DNA of 64,000 bases. Origin: an uncultured Candidatus Saccharibacteria bacterium (GTDB lineage: Bacteria; Patescibacteriota; Minisyncoccia; Phycocordibacterales; SBAW01). The notes under the pieces were generated by a model, which ran no database searches, had not been told where the DNA came from, and was given only the letters and a program-made list of their open reading frames with translations. The position numbers and the translations under genes were made by a program. Shown here in pieces: positions 16,843 to 26,563 of the stretch; within the stretch, counting starts at the first letter, position 1; each line of letters begins with the position of its first letter. The stretch spans positions 214,789-278,788 of the forward strand of contig CAZMIU010000001.1 in NCBI GenBank assembly GCA_964566795.1, written 5' to 3'.

Positions 16843-17991
16843 CTACTTCAGATACTTTTTGTTTTTGAGCTTCTCGGGCAAATACGACTCATCATCATAC
16901 ATATCATAGCCTTTGCCATACTTGAGGTTTTTCATCAGCTTGGTGGGCGCGTTGCGAATCTTGAGCGGCACCGGCAGGTTGCCGTGTTTTTTTACATCGT
17001 CTAGCGCCTCAAAGTAGGCGTCGTAGCTGGCCCGGCTCTTTTTGCACTCCGAGAGGTAGGCCACACCGTGTGCCAGGTTTATAGCACACTCGGGGTAGCC
17101 AATTTTATCGCACGCCTCAAATACGGCATTGGCCACTACAAGCGCTGTGGGTGCCGCAAGCCCCACGTCCTCGGAGGCAAAAATAACCATGCGCCGCGCA
17201 ATAAACAGTGGGTCCTCCCCCGCCTCGACCATCCGCGCCAGGTAATACAAGGCTGCGTCGGGCTGGCTGGCGCGCATGCTTTTTATGAATGCCGAGATGG
17301 TGTTGTAGTGCTCCTCGCCTTTCTTGTCATAACGCAGGTGCGTACTCTGCACAGTCTCTTTGAGGCACTCCAGCGATAATTTTCCATAGAGCTTGTGCGT
17401 GTTCTCAAGCGTCGTTATAGCCTGCCGCGCATCGCCGCCGGCGACTCTAAGCAGCCACCCGCGTCCATCTTTAGGCAACTTGGTTTTTAGTACCTTGGCG
17501 GCCCTCTCTACAATTGCGGCCATGTTTTGCTCGGTGAGCTCATTAAGCACAAACACCCGCGCCCGGCTGAGTAATGCCGAAATAACCTCAAACGACGGGT
17601 TCTCGGTTGTCGCGCCTACCAAAGTAATATCTCCTCTTTCGACAAAAGGAAGCAGGAAATCTTGTTGAGCCTTATTAAATCTGTGTATCTCATCCACAAA
17701 GACCACGATTGGCTTTTCAAATCCCAACGTGCCACGTTTGGGTATTATTTTTCTCAGATCTTCTTTACCCGCATCGACTGCAGATAGTTCGTAAAAGTCA
17801 GCCCCTAAAGCGTTGGCGTACATGCGCGCCAGTGTTGTCTTGCCCGAGCCCGGCGGGCCCCAGAGTATAAAGGAAAAAAGCTCGCGCTTTTCCATCGCAA
17901 CACGCAAGGGTTTGCCAGGGCCCACCAAGTGCTCCTGCCCCACAAACTGCTCGAGCGTTTTGGGGCGCAGTTTGTTTGCCAGAGGTTCCAC
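16843..17991 (-). CDS. rarA: Replication-associated recombination protein A (MgsA/RarA AAA+ ATPase)
   Basis: PLANKLRP, GPPGSGKT, DEIHRFNKAQQD, GATTENPSF, ISAFIKSMR; GTG start chosen because TACACT lies 6 nt upstream. Confidence 0.92.
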   Translation of the reverse strand: MEPLANKLRPKTLEQFVGQEHLVGPGKPLRVAMEKRELFSFILWGPPGSGKTTLARMYANALGADFYELSAVDAGKEDLRKIIPKRGTLGFEKPIVVFVDEIHRFNKAQQDFLLPFVERGDITLVGATTENPSFEVISALLSRARVFVLNELTEQNMAAIVERAAKVLKTKLPKDGRGWLLRVAGGDARQAITTLENTHKLYGKLSLECLKETVQSTHLRYDKKGEEHYNTISAFIKSMRASQPDAALYYLARMVEAGEDPLFIARRMVIFASEDVGLAAPTALVVANAVFEACDKIGYPECAINLAHGVAYLSECKKSRASYDAYFEALDDVKKHGNLPVPLKIRNAPTKLMKNLKYGKGYDMYDDESYLPEKLKNKKYLK

Positions 17992-18055
17992 CGTATAAGT
18001 GTACTCTTTTACCCTTCTCACAGGTACACAAATAACTACACCACATTTTTTTAAA

Positions 18056-18101
18056 AATATGGGTGCTTAGCCCCAATATTTTTTGATTTTTGTGGTCTAA
18101 T
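18056..18101. repeat. AT-rich dispersed repeat, copy 1 (copy 2 at 61736-61781)
   Basis: 38/46 nt identical without gaps; lies between GGTACACAAAT direct repeats at 18023-18033 and 18118-18128. Confidence 0.7.
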
Positions 18102-18171
18102 TTTTATTTACATTTCGGGTACACAAATCAAAAGGCCCCACTATGAGGGCCTTTTGCCTGGCACATCAAGC

Positions 18172-18477
18172 CTAGATGTCGCTGTCGAGTGTGTCATTAT
18201 CCCGGCTCGTGCGGCCGCCGCCGTGGCTGTTTTGACCGCCCTTCTGACCCGCTGCAACCGCCTTCTCCCTATTGTTGGCAAAGTTGCCGGGGTTGTTGTC
18301 CTTGCCCTGGGACTGCCCGCCCTTACTTGCGATAGATTTGCGTTTCTCCTCGCTCATTCCGGCAAAGCCGCGGCCGCTCTTGCTGGGCATCTCGACATCC
18401 TTGGCCTCGCCCGCCACCTCAAGCTCGTCGCGTTCCGGGTCAAACTGGTCCTGCTCGTTTTGGTCTCGGTTTTGCAT
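18172..18477 (-). CDS. KGG-motif general stress protein (YciG/GsiB-like hydrophilin)
   Basis: GRGFAGMSEEKRKSIASKGG and GNFANNREKAVAAGQKGG. Confidence 0.85.
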   Translation of the reverse strand: MQNRDQNEQDQFDPERDELEVAGEAKDVEMPSKSGRGFAGMSEEKRKSIASKGGQSQGKDNNPGNFANNREKAVAAGQKGGQNSHGGGRTSRDNDTLDSDI

Positions 18478-18593
18478 ATGGGTAGTCGATTAGCCATTAA
18501 TCGCACTGACCTATGGTAGCGTATTGCACCTGAACTCCGGATTAAGCACCTGTCACGCGCTATAGGCACCGATAGGTGCAAAAGACACCGGGG

Positions 18594-20294
18594 CTATGTG
18601 CTGGCGCCTGGAGCCTGAGGGAGGTCGAGCTTGGCCAGGGCTTGTGAGTAGGTGAGCCCCACCTTTTTGCCCGGGTTAAATATCCCGTGCGGGTCAAACA
18701 GCTTTTTTATCTGGATAAACAGGGCCATCATGTCGCGGCCAAACATCTTCTCTACATACGGGGTGCGCACCAACCCGTCGTTGTGCTCGCCTGTTATGGA
18801 GCCTCCGTACTCCATAACAAGGTCGTACACTTTGTGCGACAGCTCGTCTATCACGCGCCCTATCGTGGGGTCGTTGGGGTTAATGAGCGGGATGATATGG
18901 AAATTGCCGTCGCCTACATGGCCAGCCACGGTGTACACCAAATGAGGATACTGCGCCATAAGGCTTTGCAGTTTGGGCAAAAACTCGGGCAGTGTTTGGG
19001 GCGGCACGACAAAGTCGTCTATAAACGGCGCGGTGCGCTTGTCGCGTATCTTTTTGCGCAGCAAAGCAAAGCTCTCGCGCCGCACCGCCCAATATTTGCG
19101 TGCAGCAGACTCGCTCTTGGCAACGCGCACGGACACGTGAGACTTGTTGTGCGCAGCCTCGGCTGCAAGCCTCTTTGCCTTTGCCAGGGCCTTGGCCTGC
19201 GTGTCGTCCCTAAACTCTACAAGCAACACAAGCTTGGGCACGCCGCCAGTCATAGCCATCCACAATTCGGGCAAAAACGACCACGCCATCGAGATAAGCC
19301 CCGACTTCATCTGGCGGCCAAGCTCGGGCAGATATTTTATCGCAATAGAAAAGGTATGGTCGTCGTAGCTCTCAAAGCTGTCGGGTGCGTAGCGCAAAAC
19401 CTCGGGCACCAACTCGCCCAATTGGGACAGGTTGTTTACAAATATGACCGTCATCGCCGAGTACGGCTTGGGTGTAACTAGCTTAAAGCGGACGCGGGTC
19501 ACAATACCCAGGGTGCCCTGCGCGCCTACCATGAGCCGTGCGAGGTTGAGCGACTGTACGCCGTCGCCCATGTCCCACAGCGCATAGCCTGCAGAGTTTT
19601 TCTCTACCTTTGGCTTGTGCTCTTGTATCACTTTGACATAGGCCGGAGTCTTGAGCATCTGTGAGACACTGCGATACAGGTCTCCCTCTGTGCCCGGCTC
19701 CTGCAGTTTTTGCGCCAGCTCAGGCCCCGAGAGTGCTCGCAGTGTGTGCACCTCGCCGTCCCACAGCACCACATCAAGCTCCTCCACATAGCGTGCTGTT
19801 TTGCCGTATGTAAGGTTTTTCTCGCCGCCGGAATTGTTGCCCACCATGCCGCCCACTGTGTTGAGCTCGCGGCTGGCGGTGTAGCTGGGGAGCTCGAGGC
19901 CCTTCTTTTTGGTCTCGCGGTCAAAGTCCCTAAAGAACATGCCGGGCTCAACTACGGCGTAACCTGCCCCGCCCTTTGCGTCGGGGTCGTCACCCAACTC
20001 AAGAAGGTGGTTAAGGTGCGCAGTGTCTAAAATAATAGAGCTGTTAAGCGGGCCGCCGGACATGTCGGTGCCGGCGGCGCGCGGCGTAATGTGCAGGTCA
20101 AGCTTATGGTTTTCCTGCTTTTTTGCGGCGACAAACTTAACCACCGCGCAGACATCCTGCGCGTCCCTGGGGCGCACCACTACCTGGGGCACCACCCTAA
20201 ACAGGCTCGCATCGCGCGAATAGGTATCGAGCGTCTGTGCGTCATCAAGAACCTCTCCGCGCACCAAGGCGCGCAACTCTTGTGCTAGGGGCAT
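18594..20294 (-). CDS. FAD-linked oxidoreductase (GlcD/D-lactate dehydrogenase family)
   Basis: PRAAGTDMSGG, TVGGMVGNNSGG, GAQGTLGIVT, GHVGDGNFH, ITGEHNDG, FDPHGIFNPGK. Confidence 0.9.
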   Translation of the reverse strand: MPLAQELRALVRGEVLDDAQTLDTYSRDASLFRVVPQVVVRPRDAQDVCAVVKFVAAKKQENHKLDLHITPRAAGTDMSGGPLNSSIILDTAHLNHLLELGDDPDAKGGAGYAVVEPGMFFRDFDRETKKKGLELPSYTASRELNTVGGMVGNNSGGEKNLTYGKTARYVEELDVVLWDGEVHTLRALSGPELAQKLQEPGTEGDLYRSVSQMLKTPAYVKVIQEHKPKVEKNSAGYALWDMGDGVQSLNLARLMVGAQGTLGIVTRVRFKLVTPKPYSAMTVIFVNNLSQLGELVPEVLRYAPDSFESYDDHTFSIAIKYLPELGRQMKSGLISMAWSFLPELWMAMTGGVPKLVLLVEFRDDTQAKALAKAKRLAAEAAHNKSHVSVRVAKSESAARKYWAVRRESFALLRKKIRDKRTAPFIDDFVVPPQTLPEFLPKLQSLMAQYPHLVYTVAGHVGDGNFHIIPLINPNDPTIGRVIDELSHKVYDLVMEYGGSITGEHNDGLVRTPYVEKMFGRDMMALFIQIKKLFDPHGIFNPGKKVGLTYSQALAKLDLPQAPGAST

Positions 20295-20316
20295 GTGCCC
20301 TTATTTTACAGCACGA

Positions 20317-20913
20317 TTAGCACTGGAGCGCTGCGCGGCACTGCCTCTTAGCTTCGTCGTTGGGGATCATATCGCATTGGCTGCAGGTGTTTGCCGGTGC
20401 GATCCCGGACTGCGCGCCCGCAGCGGCGGCAGCGTCCTGCACCTGCATGCTGGATACAGTGTTAAAGGTTACCGAGGTTGGGATCTCAAACCGGCTCTCG
20501 TCCGGGGCCCACGACTTGCATGTCACCGTTACGCGGTCGTCTGGGCCTGTGGTCGGGCTTTCGCTTGTGCTTGTGGCCTCGCTAAACGAATTTTTAAAGC
20601 CTTGCGTCATGCCGTCGGCCCAGATGTAGCTCGTGTTCTCGCGCATGATAAGGTGCCCGGTTGTGGTTGGCCCGCCAAACGACGCGGTAAAGTCGCCGCG
20701 TATCTTGCCGCCGGCCACAAAGAGCGTGCCTGCGCTGCCGTTTGGAGCCGTAAAGGCGCACTCCTGCGGAGACTGGCTCTGTGCAAGCTCAGCAAAGCTC
20801 TTGGTCGGGTCTGCCTGCTTGGTGCCGGGCATGCCGCCCTTAGACCACAAGTAATACCCGCCTCCTGCTACAACCAAAACTGCGATAATCCCTCCTACAA
20901 CTGCTTTATTCAT
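20317..20913 (-). CDS. Membrane-anchored exported hypothetical protein with C-terminal four-Cys motif
   Basis: N-terminal TM; ends CSQC..CRAALQC. Confidence 0.7.
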   Translation of the reverse strand: MNKAVVGGIIAVLVVAGGGYYLWSKGGMPGTKQADPTKSFAELAQSQSPQECAFTAPNGSAGTLFVAGGKIRGDFTASFGGPTTTGHLIMRENTSYIWADGMTQGFKNSFSEATSTSESPTTGPDDRVTVTCKSWAPDESRFEIPTSVTFNTVSSMQVQDAAAAAGAQSGIAPANTCSQCDMIPNDEAKRQCRAALQC

Positions 20914-20993
20914 ATAGTACCTGTTGGCTTATAACGTACCCTCAGTATATACGAAAAAGCCCCGCTTGCGCGGGGCATTTCCCTTCCTTGGCT

Positions 20994-21146
20994 TTAGGCA
21001 ATCGGGTTGCGGCCCTGAATAAGCCTGATGAGCACCATGACAATCGCTATCACCAAAAGGATATGGATAAACCCGCCTACGGTGTAGGAGGTCACCAACC
21101 CCAGGAGCCACAGCACAAGCAAAATCGTCGCGATGGTTACGAGCAT
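20994..21146 (-). CDS. lmo0937-family small membrane protein (not in the ORF track)
   Basis: Manual translation MLVTIATILLVLWLLGLVTSYTVGGFIHILLVIAIVMVLIRLIQGRNPIA. Confidence 0.85.
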   Translation of the reverse strand: MLVTIATILLVLWLLGLVTSYTVGGFIHILLVIAIVMVLIRLIQGRNPIA

Positions 21147-21222
21147 ATAGAGAAATGATTAAGGGTTAATACGTCTACCCTACCATTGAACAAGGCCCGG
21201 CTGATGCCTGTGTGAAGCGGGA

Positions 21223-21651
21223 CTAGAGACCCTCGCGCTGGACGAAGTTGTCGCGCTTAACTACAGTGCCGTCGGCATTAAACTCGACATCACCTTCCTT
21301 AAGGACAAGTTTGCCGCCTTCGCTAAAGATGCCGACCTCCTTGCCGCTTAGGTCGCGGGCGCATATAACGCCAGACACCTCGCCAGGCAGAAGCGGCGTG
21401 GTGGTTGCGCCAACAAGCGCGCAGGTGCCGCGGTAGCCTCCAACAGGCACATCTACGCCGGCAACGTTAAGGAACACGCGCGTGGTGGTGCCTTGGGTAT
21501 CCGGGTCTAGCCCCTGGTCAACGATCTTCCACTGCAGCTGCTCGACCACAACCGGGTCGACTTTCATAGAATTGAGCTTGGCAGCCAGAGCCCAGGCAGC
21601 AAGCGCCAGCACAACAAGCCCCACGACCACCATGACGTATTTTCTGTCCAT
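21223..21651 (-). CDS. Membrane-anchored hypothetical protein
   Basis: Start MDRKYVMVVVG, TATACT 8 nt upstream; N-terminal TM. Confidence 0.65.
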   Translation of the reverse strand: MDRKYVMVVVGLVVLALAAWALAAKLNSMKVDPVVVEQLQWKIVDQGLDPDTQGTTTRVFLNVAGVDVPVGGYRGTCALVGATTTPLLPGEVSGVICARDLSGKEVGIFSEGGKLVLKEGDVEFNADGTVVKRDNFVQREGL

Positions 21652-21670
21652 ATGGGTGTAGTATAGCAAA

Positions 21671-22348
21671 ATGCGGATAAACAAGTATATGGCCGACCAA
21701 GGCCTATGCACCCGGCGCGAGGCCGACCGATACATAGCACAGGGCCTCGTCCTTATAAACGGGGTCAAGGCCCGCTTGGGCGACCAAGTTCATGAAGGCG
21801 ACATTGTGGAGACGAACCTCCCCGAGCGCCATTACCGCTACTTTGCCTACAACAAGCCGCGCGGGATTGTGACCCACTCGGCGCAGGCGGGCCAAGAAGA
21901 TATTGGCGACGTGGCCGGGCTTGAGGGAGTGTCCCCCATGGGCCGGCTAGACAAAGATTCTCATGGCCTGATTATTTTGACGGACGATGGCCGGATAACG
22001 GAGAAATTGCTAGGCCCCGAGGCCAATAAAGAAAAGGAGTATGTAGTCATAACGAAAGAACACATCCCGCCCAGTTTTGCCGCCCGTATGCAAAAGGGTG
22101 TCGACATCGAGGGTTACATCACCAAGCCCGCTAGGGTTAAAATTTTAGGTGACAAAAAGTTTTCAATCATTTTGACCGAGGGCAAAAAGCACCAGGTACG
22201 CCGCATGTGCGCGGCCTGGGGCTACACTGTCGCCGACCTCAAGCGCATCCGGGTGATGAACATCAAGCTGGGACAACTCCAACCCGGGCAGTTTAGAACC
22301 ATCAAAGGCCAGGAACTCAAGGAGTTTTTTGGGGCGCTCGGCCTTTAA
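21671..22348 (+). CDS. rRNA pseudouridine synthase (RsuA/RluB/RluF family)
   Basis: S4 domain MRINKYMA..CTRREAD; GRLDKDSHGL; EGKKHQVRRM. Confidence 0.92.
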   Translation: MRINKYMADQGLCTRREADRYIAQGLVLINGVKARLGDQVHEGDIVETNLPERHYRYFAYNKPRGIVTHSAQAGQEDIGDVAGLEGVSPMGRLDKDSHGLIILTDDGRITEKLLGPEANKEKEYVVITKEHIPPSFAARMQKGVDIEGYITKPARVKILGDKKFSIILTEGKKHQVRRMCAAWGYTVADLKRIRVMNIKLGQLQPGQFRTIKGQELKEFFGALGL

Positions 22349-22351
22349 CGC

Positions 22352-22381
22352 AAAAGGCCCCGGATTGCTCCGGGGCCTTTT
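22352..22381. terminator. Bidirectional terminator
   Basis: AAAAGGCCCCGGA-TTGC-TCCGGGGCCTTTT between convergent genes. Confidence 0.8.
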
Positions 22382-22389
22382 GGCGCGCA

Positions 22390-22587
22390 CTAGGCGCGGG
22401 AGACGTTGACGGCGTTGGGGCCCTTGGGTCCCTCGGTAACCTCAAAGTTGAGCGTATCGCCCACCTTAAGTTCATCAAAGGTAACACCTACAAGGTCCTT
22501 GGAGTGGAAGAAGAGGTCCTTGGCCTCGCCCTCGCGGGAGATAAAGCCAAAGCCACGATCCGTCAAGGTTTTGATTGTTCCAGTCAT
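22390..22587 (-). CDS. Cold-shock domain protein
   Basis: RGFGFI, DLFFH, KGPNAVNV. Confidence 0.92.
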   Translation of the reverse strand: MTGTIKTLTDRGFGFISREGEAKDLFFHSKDLVGVTFDELKVGDTLNFEVTEGPKGPNAVNVSRA

Positions 22588-22671
22588 TGCTTGTTAGTTA
22601 TTGTGCTGCGAAACTCCGACCCCGTTTCTTGCCTGGCAGTATACCACACATACACGGCATATGCACTTGGC

Positions 22672-23289
22672 CTAGACTATGGGGATAGGCTCGCCCAAAA
22701 ACTTTGGGGAACGGCCCGTCCACACATCAAGGACCGCCTTGATGCGCGCCAGAGACTCCCTCACCTCGTTACGGGGCAAAAGGTTCACATTGTCTGCGCG
22801 ATAGCCTACCGCGTCTATCCCCACACTGTGTGCCAAGTAGAGCGAGCGCGGCAGATGAAAGCTCTGGGTCGCGATAATAGCCGAGCGCACGGCAAATATC
22901 TCGCGCGCGCGGTACATGGTGCTATACGTGTCAAACCCGGCGTGGTCAAGATAAATATCACCCTCTGGTATCCCCTGACCTACAAGGTACTTGCGCGCCG
23001 GGTCTACCTCGTTGTGCTCTACGGTGGAGTTGTCGCCAGACACCAAAATCTTCTCTACCTTACCCGCTTTATACAGCTCTATGGCCGCGTTGGCCCGGTC
23101 TAAAAACACAGCGCTTAATGCCCCGCTCCTAAGCACCGCAGCCCCCGGCACGATGACTACCGTATGCTTAGGCACCTCATCAATACTGGCGTACATGTGG
23201 CGCTGCTCAAGCCCCACCATAAGCGCATTTATGCCCACAAATATCGCAAGGCACGCCAGCGCCGCAAGAAAAAGCCTTTTTAGAAGCAT
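22672..23289 (-). CDS. SanA/ElyC (DUF218) family envelope protein
   Basis: VPGAAV, LVSGDN, DHAGFDTYSTM, TQSFHLPR, RESLA. Confidence 0.88.
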   Translation of the reverse strand: MLLKRLFLAALACLAIFVGINALMVGLEQRHMYASIDEVPKHTVVIVPGAAVLRSGALSAVFLDRANAAIELYKAGKVEKILVSGDNSTVEHNEVDPARKYLVGQGIPEGDIYLDHAGFDTYSTMYRAREIFAVRSAIIATQSFHLPRSLYLAHSVGIDAVGYRADNVNLLPRNEVRESLARIKAVLDVWTGRSPKFLGEPIPIV

Positions 23290-23380
23290 CACGTACAATT
23301 GTAACAAACTACTTCAGGTATGTGCCCGCATCATGAAGTTTTAAAGCGGGAGTGCAGATCGTTTCGTACACTTAGGTGGT

Positions 23381-23908
23381 ATGAAAAAAGCATTAACGAC
23401 CGCACTACTGAGCCTTATCATCGCCTACTCGTTTGCGCCCGTGGCCCTGGCACCAGAGGCCTCTGCCGCACGCACCAGCCAAACGCCGGCTGCACTTGCC
23501 ATACCATCCATAGGCCTGGGGAGTCCCATTGTCCCCATGGGCCTTACGCAAGAGGGCGACCTGGATGTCCCCGACGGCACGACAAACAATGTCGGCTGGT
23601 ATGCCAAGGGCACCGTGCCGGGCGAGATGGGCAGTGCGGTGCTAGACGCGCACGTATACGCCGCGTTCTCCAACCTCGATGAGGTCAGGAAGGGCGACAT
23701 CATATACATTGCCATGAAGGACGGCGCCACTAGGGAGTTTAAGGTGACGGGCTCCAAAGTGTTTAAACTCTCCGAGCTCTCGAGCGAGGAGCTGTTTAAC
23801 CAAAAGGGCGGCCGCTACCTGCACCTTATAACCTGCGCCGGAGAGCTCACTCCCGACAAAAGCACCTACACACACCGCCTGGTGGTATACGCCGAGCTAG
23901 TCGACTAG
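23381..23908 (+). CDS. Class F sortase
   Basis: LAIPSIG, VGWY..PGEMGSAVLDAH (His), LITCAG (Cys), THRLVVYA (Arg). Confidence 0.9.
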   Translation: MKKALTTALLSLIIAYSFAPVALAPEASAARTSQTPAALAIPSIGLGSPIVPMGLTQEGDLDVPDGTTNNVGWYAKGTVPGEMGSAVLDAHVYAAFSNLDEVRKGDIIYIAMKDGATREFKVTGSKVFKLSELSSEELFNQKGGRYLHLITCAGELTPDKSTYTHRLVVYAELVD

Positions 23909-23955
23909 TACAAAACCCCACGAGGCTAAACCTCGTGGGGTTTGTGTGTGCCCAG

Positions 23956-24252
23956 CTAGGGCAAGTCTGTGTCTGTGCGCGGCTGAGTCACCAGGTAATA
24001 TGCAGCAGCGCCAACAAGTCCTATAGCTACAACCGCAAACACAAACCACATGGTGTTGTCTGCGGCGGGGCCGGTGTTAGGAACCCCCGGGGTCGTGGCG
24101 TCGCCTGCGCCCCCGGCACCATCTTGCACCGCCGGCGTATCAACCGGCTCGTTGTAGTTTGTATCCGCCTGTGCCAGTGCTGCACCAGAAACCATAAGCA
24201 GCATCGATATGGCAAGAACACTCAAAACCCTTAAGAATGATGTATGCGTCAT
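23956..24252 (-). CDS. Small sortase substrate (signal peptide plus VPNTG sorting signal)
   Basis: PGVPNTG followed by a TM helix and short polar tail; convergent with the sortase gene. Confidence 0.75.
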   Translation of the reverse strand: MTHTSFLRVLSVLAISMLLMVSGAALAQADTNYNEPVDTPAVQDGAGGAGDATTPGVPNTGPAADNTMWFVFAVVAIGLVGAAAYYLVTQPRTDTDLP

Positions 24253-24326
24253 ATGCCGTTTGTAAGCTGGTAAATGCCCTAGCCTTACTATGCCGGATAG
24301 CGTATGAACGCATCATGTACTCCGGT

Positions 24327-24770
24327 TTAGGCGTGATGATACTTGCCACCGCTTAGGACCGAGTGCACACGGTAGAGCTGCTCTAGGAGTATCAGGCGCA
24401 CGAGCATATGCGGGAACACGAGCGAGGAGAGCTTAATGGTTGTGTCGGCGCGTTCTTTAACCTCGTCTGAGACGCCAAATGCCCCACCAATAACAAAGAC
24501 CAACCGCTTGGTAGCCGCCTGCATTTCTTTGTCTATAAAGTTGGCAAGCCCGGGCGTGTCTATATCGCGCCCGCGCTCGTCCAGGAGCACTATCTTATCG
24601 CCGTCTTTGAGCAGTTTTAAAATCGCGTTGCCCTCTGTGTCTTTGTCAGAGGGTTTAGGGTGCGCCCACTCGAGGGGCCACACGCGGCTCAGGCGTTTTT
24701 CATACTCGGCAATGCCCTCCTTAGCGGTCTCGTCGTGCCCCTTCCCGGGCGAGATAATCAGGATCTTCAT
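24327..24770 (-). CDS. rlmH: 23S rRNA m3Psi1915 methyltransferase
   Basis: LDERG, FVIGGAFG, LSSLVFPHMLVRLILLEQLYR..KYHH. Confidence 0.93.
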   Translation of the reverse strand: MKILIISPGKGHDETAKEGIAEYEKRLSRVWPLEWAHPKPSDKDTEGNAILKLLKDGDKIVLLDERGRDIDTPGLANFIDKEMQAATKRLVFVIGGAFGVSDEVKERADTTIKLSSLVFPHMLVRLILLEQLYRVHSVLSGGKYHHA

Positions 24771-24773
24771 GTG

Positions 24774-24989
24774 TTAGAGATTCAGGAGTCGGTATGACCA
24801 GTATCCGAGTATCCCAAGCCCTGCCGGGTATCCCATAAAGAGCCAAAGCAGCGATGCGAGCTCGGCATTGCCCGGATTCTTAAGGAAGTCATACCAGCTC
24901 ATAAGCCCAAAAGAGCCGGCAACCACGTTAAGCAGCAAAGCGCCTGTCAGTATCGCAACACCCAAAATAAAAATTAGTAAGTACGTCAT
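24774..24989 (-). CDS. Small membrane protein
   Basis: 71 aa, two TM segments, tightly packed in an operon. Confidence 0.6.
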   Translation of the reverse strand: MTYLLIFILGVAILTGALLLNVVAGSFGLMSWYDFLKNPGNAELASLLWLFMGYPAGLGILGYWSYRLLNL

Positions 24990-25856
24990 TTATTTATCGA
25001 ACAAGGTTGGTAAATACTCGTCTATCTCGCGCTGCTCGAGATCATAAAAGTTTTTCTCGCGGTCGTGGAGGTCGTCTGCGAGCGCCTTGCCCACAAAGCG
25101 CCAATGCCACGGCTCGTACACGTAGTACGAGTTGCCTTTAGGATAGCTCAGTACAAAACCGTACTTGTACGCGTACTTGCTCAGCCACTCATACGCTTGT
25201 GTCTTGTCAAACGACTCTACAAGTCCCTCTTGGCGCGAGCCCGAGAGGTCGATGGTGGTACCCAGCTGGTGCTCGGAATAGCCCTGGTCTGCGCTAAATG
25301 CGTTGGCCGTGCCTGCGCCATAGGTTACCGTATAGGCGCTTTTGAGCGCCTTTTGCTCATCAAACGAGCGGTAGGACGAGCGCACGTACATATCAACGCC
25401 GTCATCCTTGGCTTCATTAAGCATGTCCTCCAGGTATGGCAGGACCTGTGCGTTTATCTTTTCAGCCCGCGCCTCGTTGTAGGTAAACTCCTTCTCTATC
25501 TGGGCCAGCCTTGCGGGAGCATAGTGTTCGTTTAAAAAGAACACCTTAGAGTACTTCTGCAGCAGCTCGCGGTCGGTGTCCTTGAGCTTCTCCAGTATGT
25601 CTACCGTGCCCGATATGTCACCCACCTTATTTTCAAACCCGCCCAGGCGCTCCTGCACCGCAGCCAATGCCTGCTGTGCCGCATACAGCTGGTCTGAGAG
25701 GCTTGTCACCTTCTGCTCAAGCTCTGCGGTCGAGCTTGCCATCGCCTGGACGCTTGCCTGTACACCCGTGTAGCCCCACACGCCTGCTGCGCCCAGCAGG
25801 ACAAAAGCCACACCGCCCACAAGCGTTTGCCACGGTATATGCGCCAGGCGCTGCAT
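24990..25856 (-). CDS. VanY-like (M15B) D,D-carboxypeptidase with N-terminal TM and coiled coil
   Basis: SSYRSFDEQ, GYSEHQLGTTID, EPWHWRFVG. Confidence 0.9.
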   Translation of the reverse strand: MQRLAHIPWQTLVGGVAFVLLGAAGVWGYTGVQASVQAMASSTAELEQKVTSLSDQLYAAQQALAAVQERLGGFENKVGDISGTVDILEKLKDTDRELLQKYSKVFFLNEHYAPARLAQIEKEFTYNEARAEKINAQVLPYLEDMLNEAKDDGVDMYVRSSYRSFDEQKALKSAYTVTYGAGTANAFSADQGYSEHQLGTTIDLSGSRQEGLVESFDKTQAYEWLSKYAYKYGFVLSYPKGNSYYVYEPWHWRFVGKALADDLHDREKNFYDLEQREIDEYLPTLFDK

Positions 25857-25881
25857 ACCACCAAGTGTAGCAGACCAAGGG

Positions 25882-26154
25882 TTACCTGCCCCGGCTCAGC
25901 GCCCACTTAACTGATCTGCTTATAGGTTTGTCACTGCGGTGGATGCAGCCAATCCAGCAGCACGGGCGCCGCTCGCCGCTTTTCATCTTCGATAGAGCTT
26001 TTTTGATCCGCAGTCCTCTGGTTTCTGCTTTTTTGCCCGATATCACCCAACAGATCCACTCCTGGCGCGCCAGGGGCGTGATATCCGCCCACAGTGCCGC
26101 CACCTTTTTGTCCGAGGCAATAGCCCTTTTAAAGTCCGGGGGCAGCGTATGCAT
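25882..26154 (-). CDS. YdeI/OmpD-associated family protein
   Basis: LPPDF..W..ITPLARQEWICWV..KKAETR..RRPCCWIGC. Confidence 0.8.
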   Translation of the reverse strand: MHTLPPDFKRAIASDKKVAALWADITPLARQEWICWVISGKKAETRGLRIKKALSKMKSGERRPCCWIGCIHRSDKPISRSVKWALSRGR

Positions 26155-26215
26155 ATGGGTATTGTAGCAAAATAAAAAAACCACCCCGGGACGCCGGGGC
26201 AGTTGCAGTTTCTTG

Positions 26216-26563
26216 CTAGATCCAACGCGGCTGGATAGTGGTTCTACCTACCATTTCTTCCATCTGCACATACGCCTCGCGCGAAAACGCGTTGACCCGC
26301 CGCCCTTTTAACAGGACCTCCGCAGTAAGCTGACCGCGGGCCTCGTGCTCCATCATGTCGTGCAGGCTCAAGTGATGAACATCCATGGGCTCGCCGACCG
26401 GAGTACCGTGGTCGCCGTCTACAAAGTAAAACTGCATGGGTTTGTTTTCCCAATGCCTGCGCAGCCAATACTCGATGCGGCAGAACACACGCACCACCCT
26501 GCTTTTTGGATGCGACTTGGCGATAAGGTCGACTTCTTTAGAGAACTTTTCTAGGTGGCTCAC
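26216..26563 (-). CDS. Hypothetical protein
   Basis: GTG start 5 nt after AGGAGG; followed by hairpin terminator 26173-26200. Confidence 0.5.
   Translation of the reverse strand: MSHLEKFSKEVDLIAKSHPKSRVVRVFCRIEYWLRRHWENKPMQFYFVDGDHGTPVGEPMDVHHLSLHDMMEHEARGQLTAEVLLKGRRVNAFSREAYVQMEEMVGRTTIQPRWI

Noticed and set aside
17620-17800. Locally AT-richer patches in rarA (also dprA 33840-33970 and topA 35830-35950)
   Set aside because: Reading frames and motifs are intact; cannot be distinguished from normal variation without statistics
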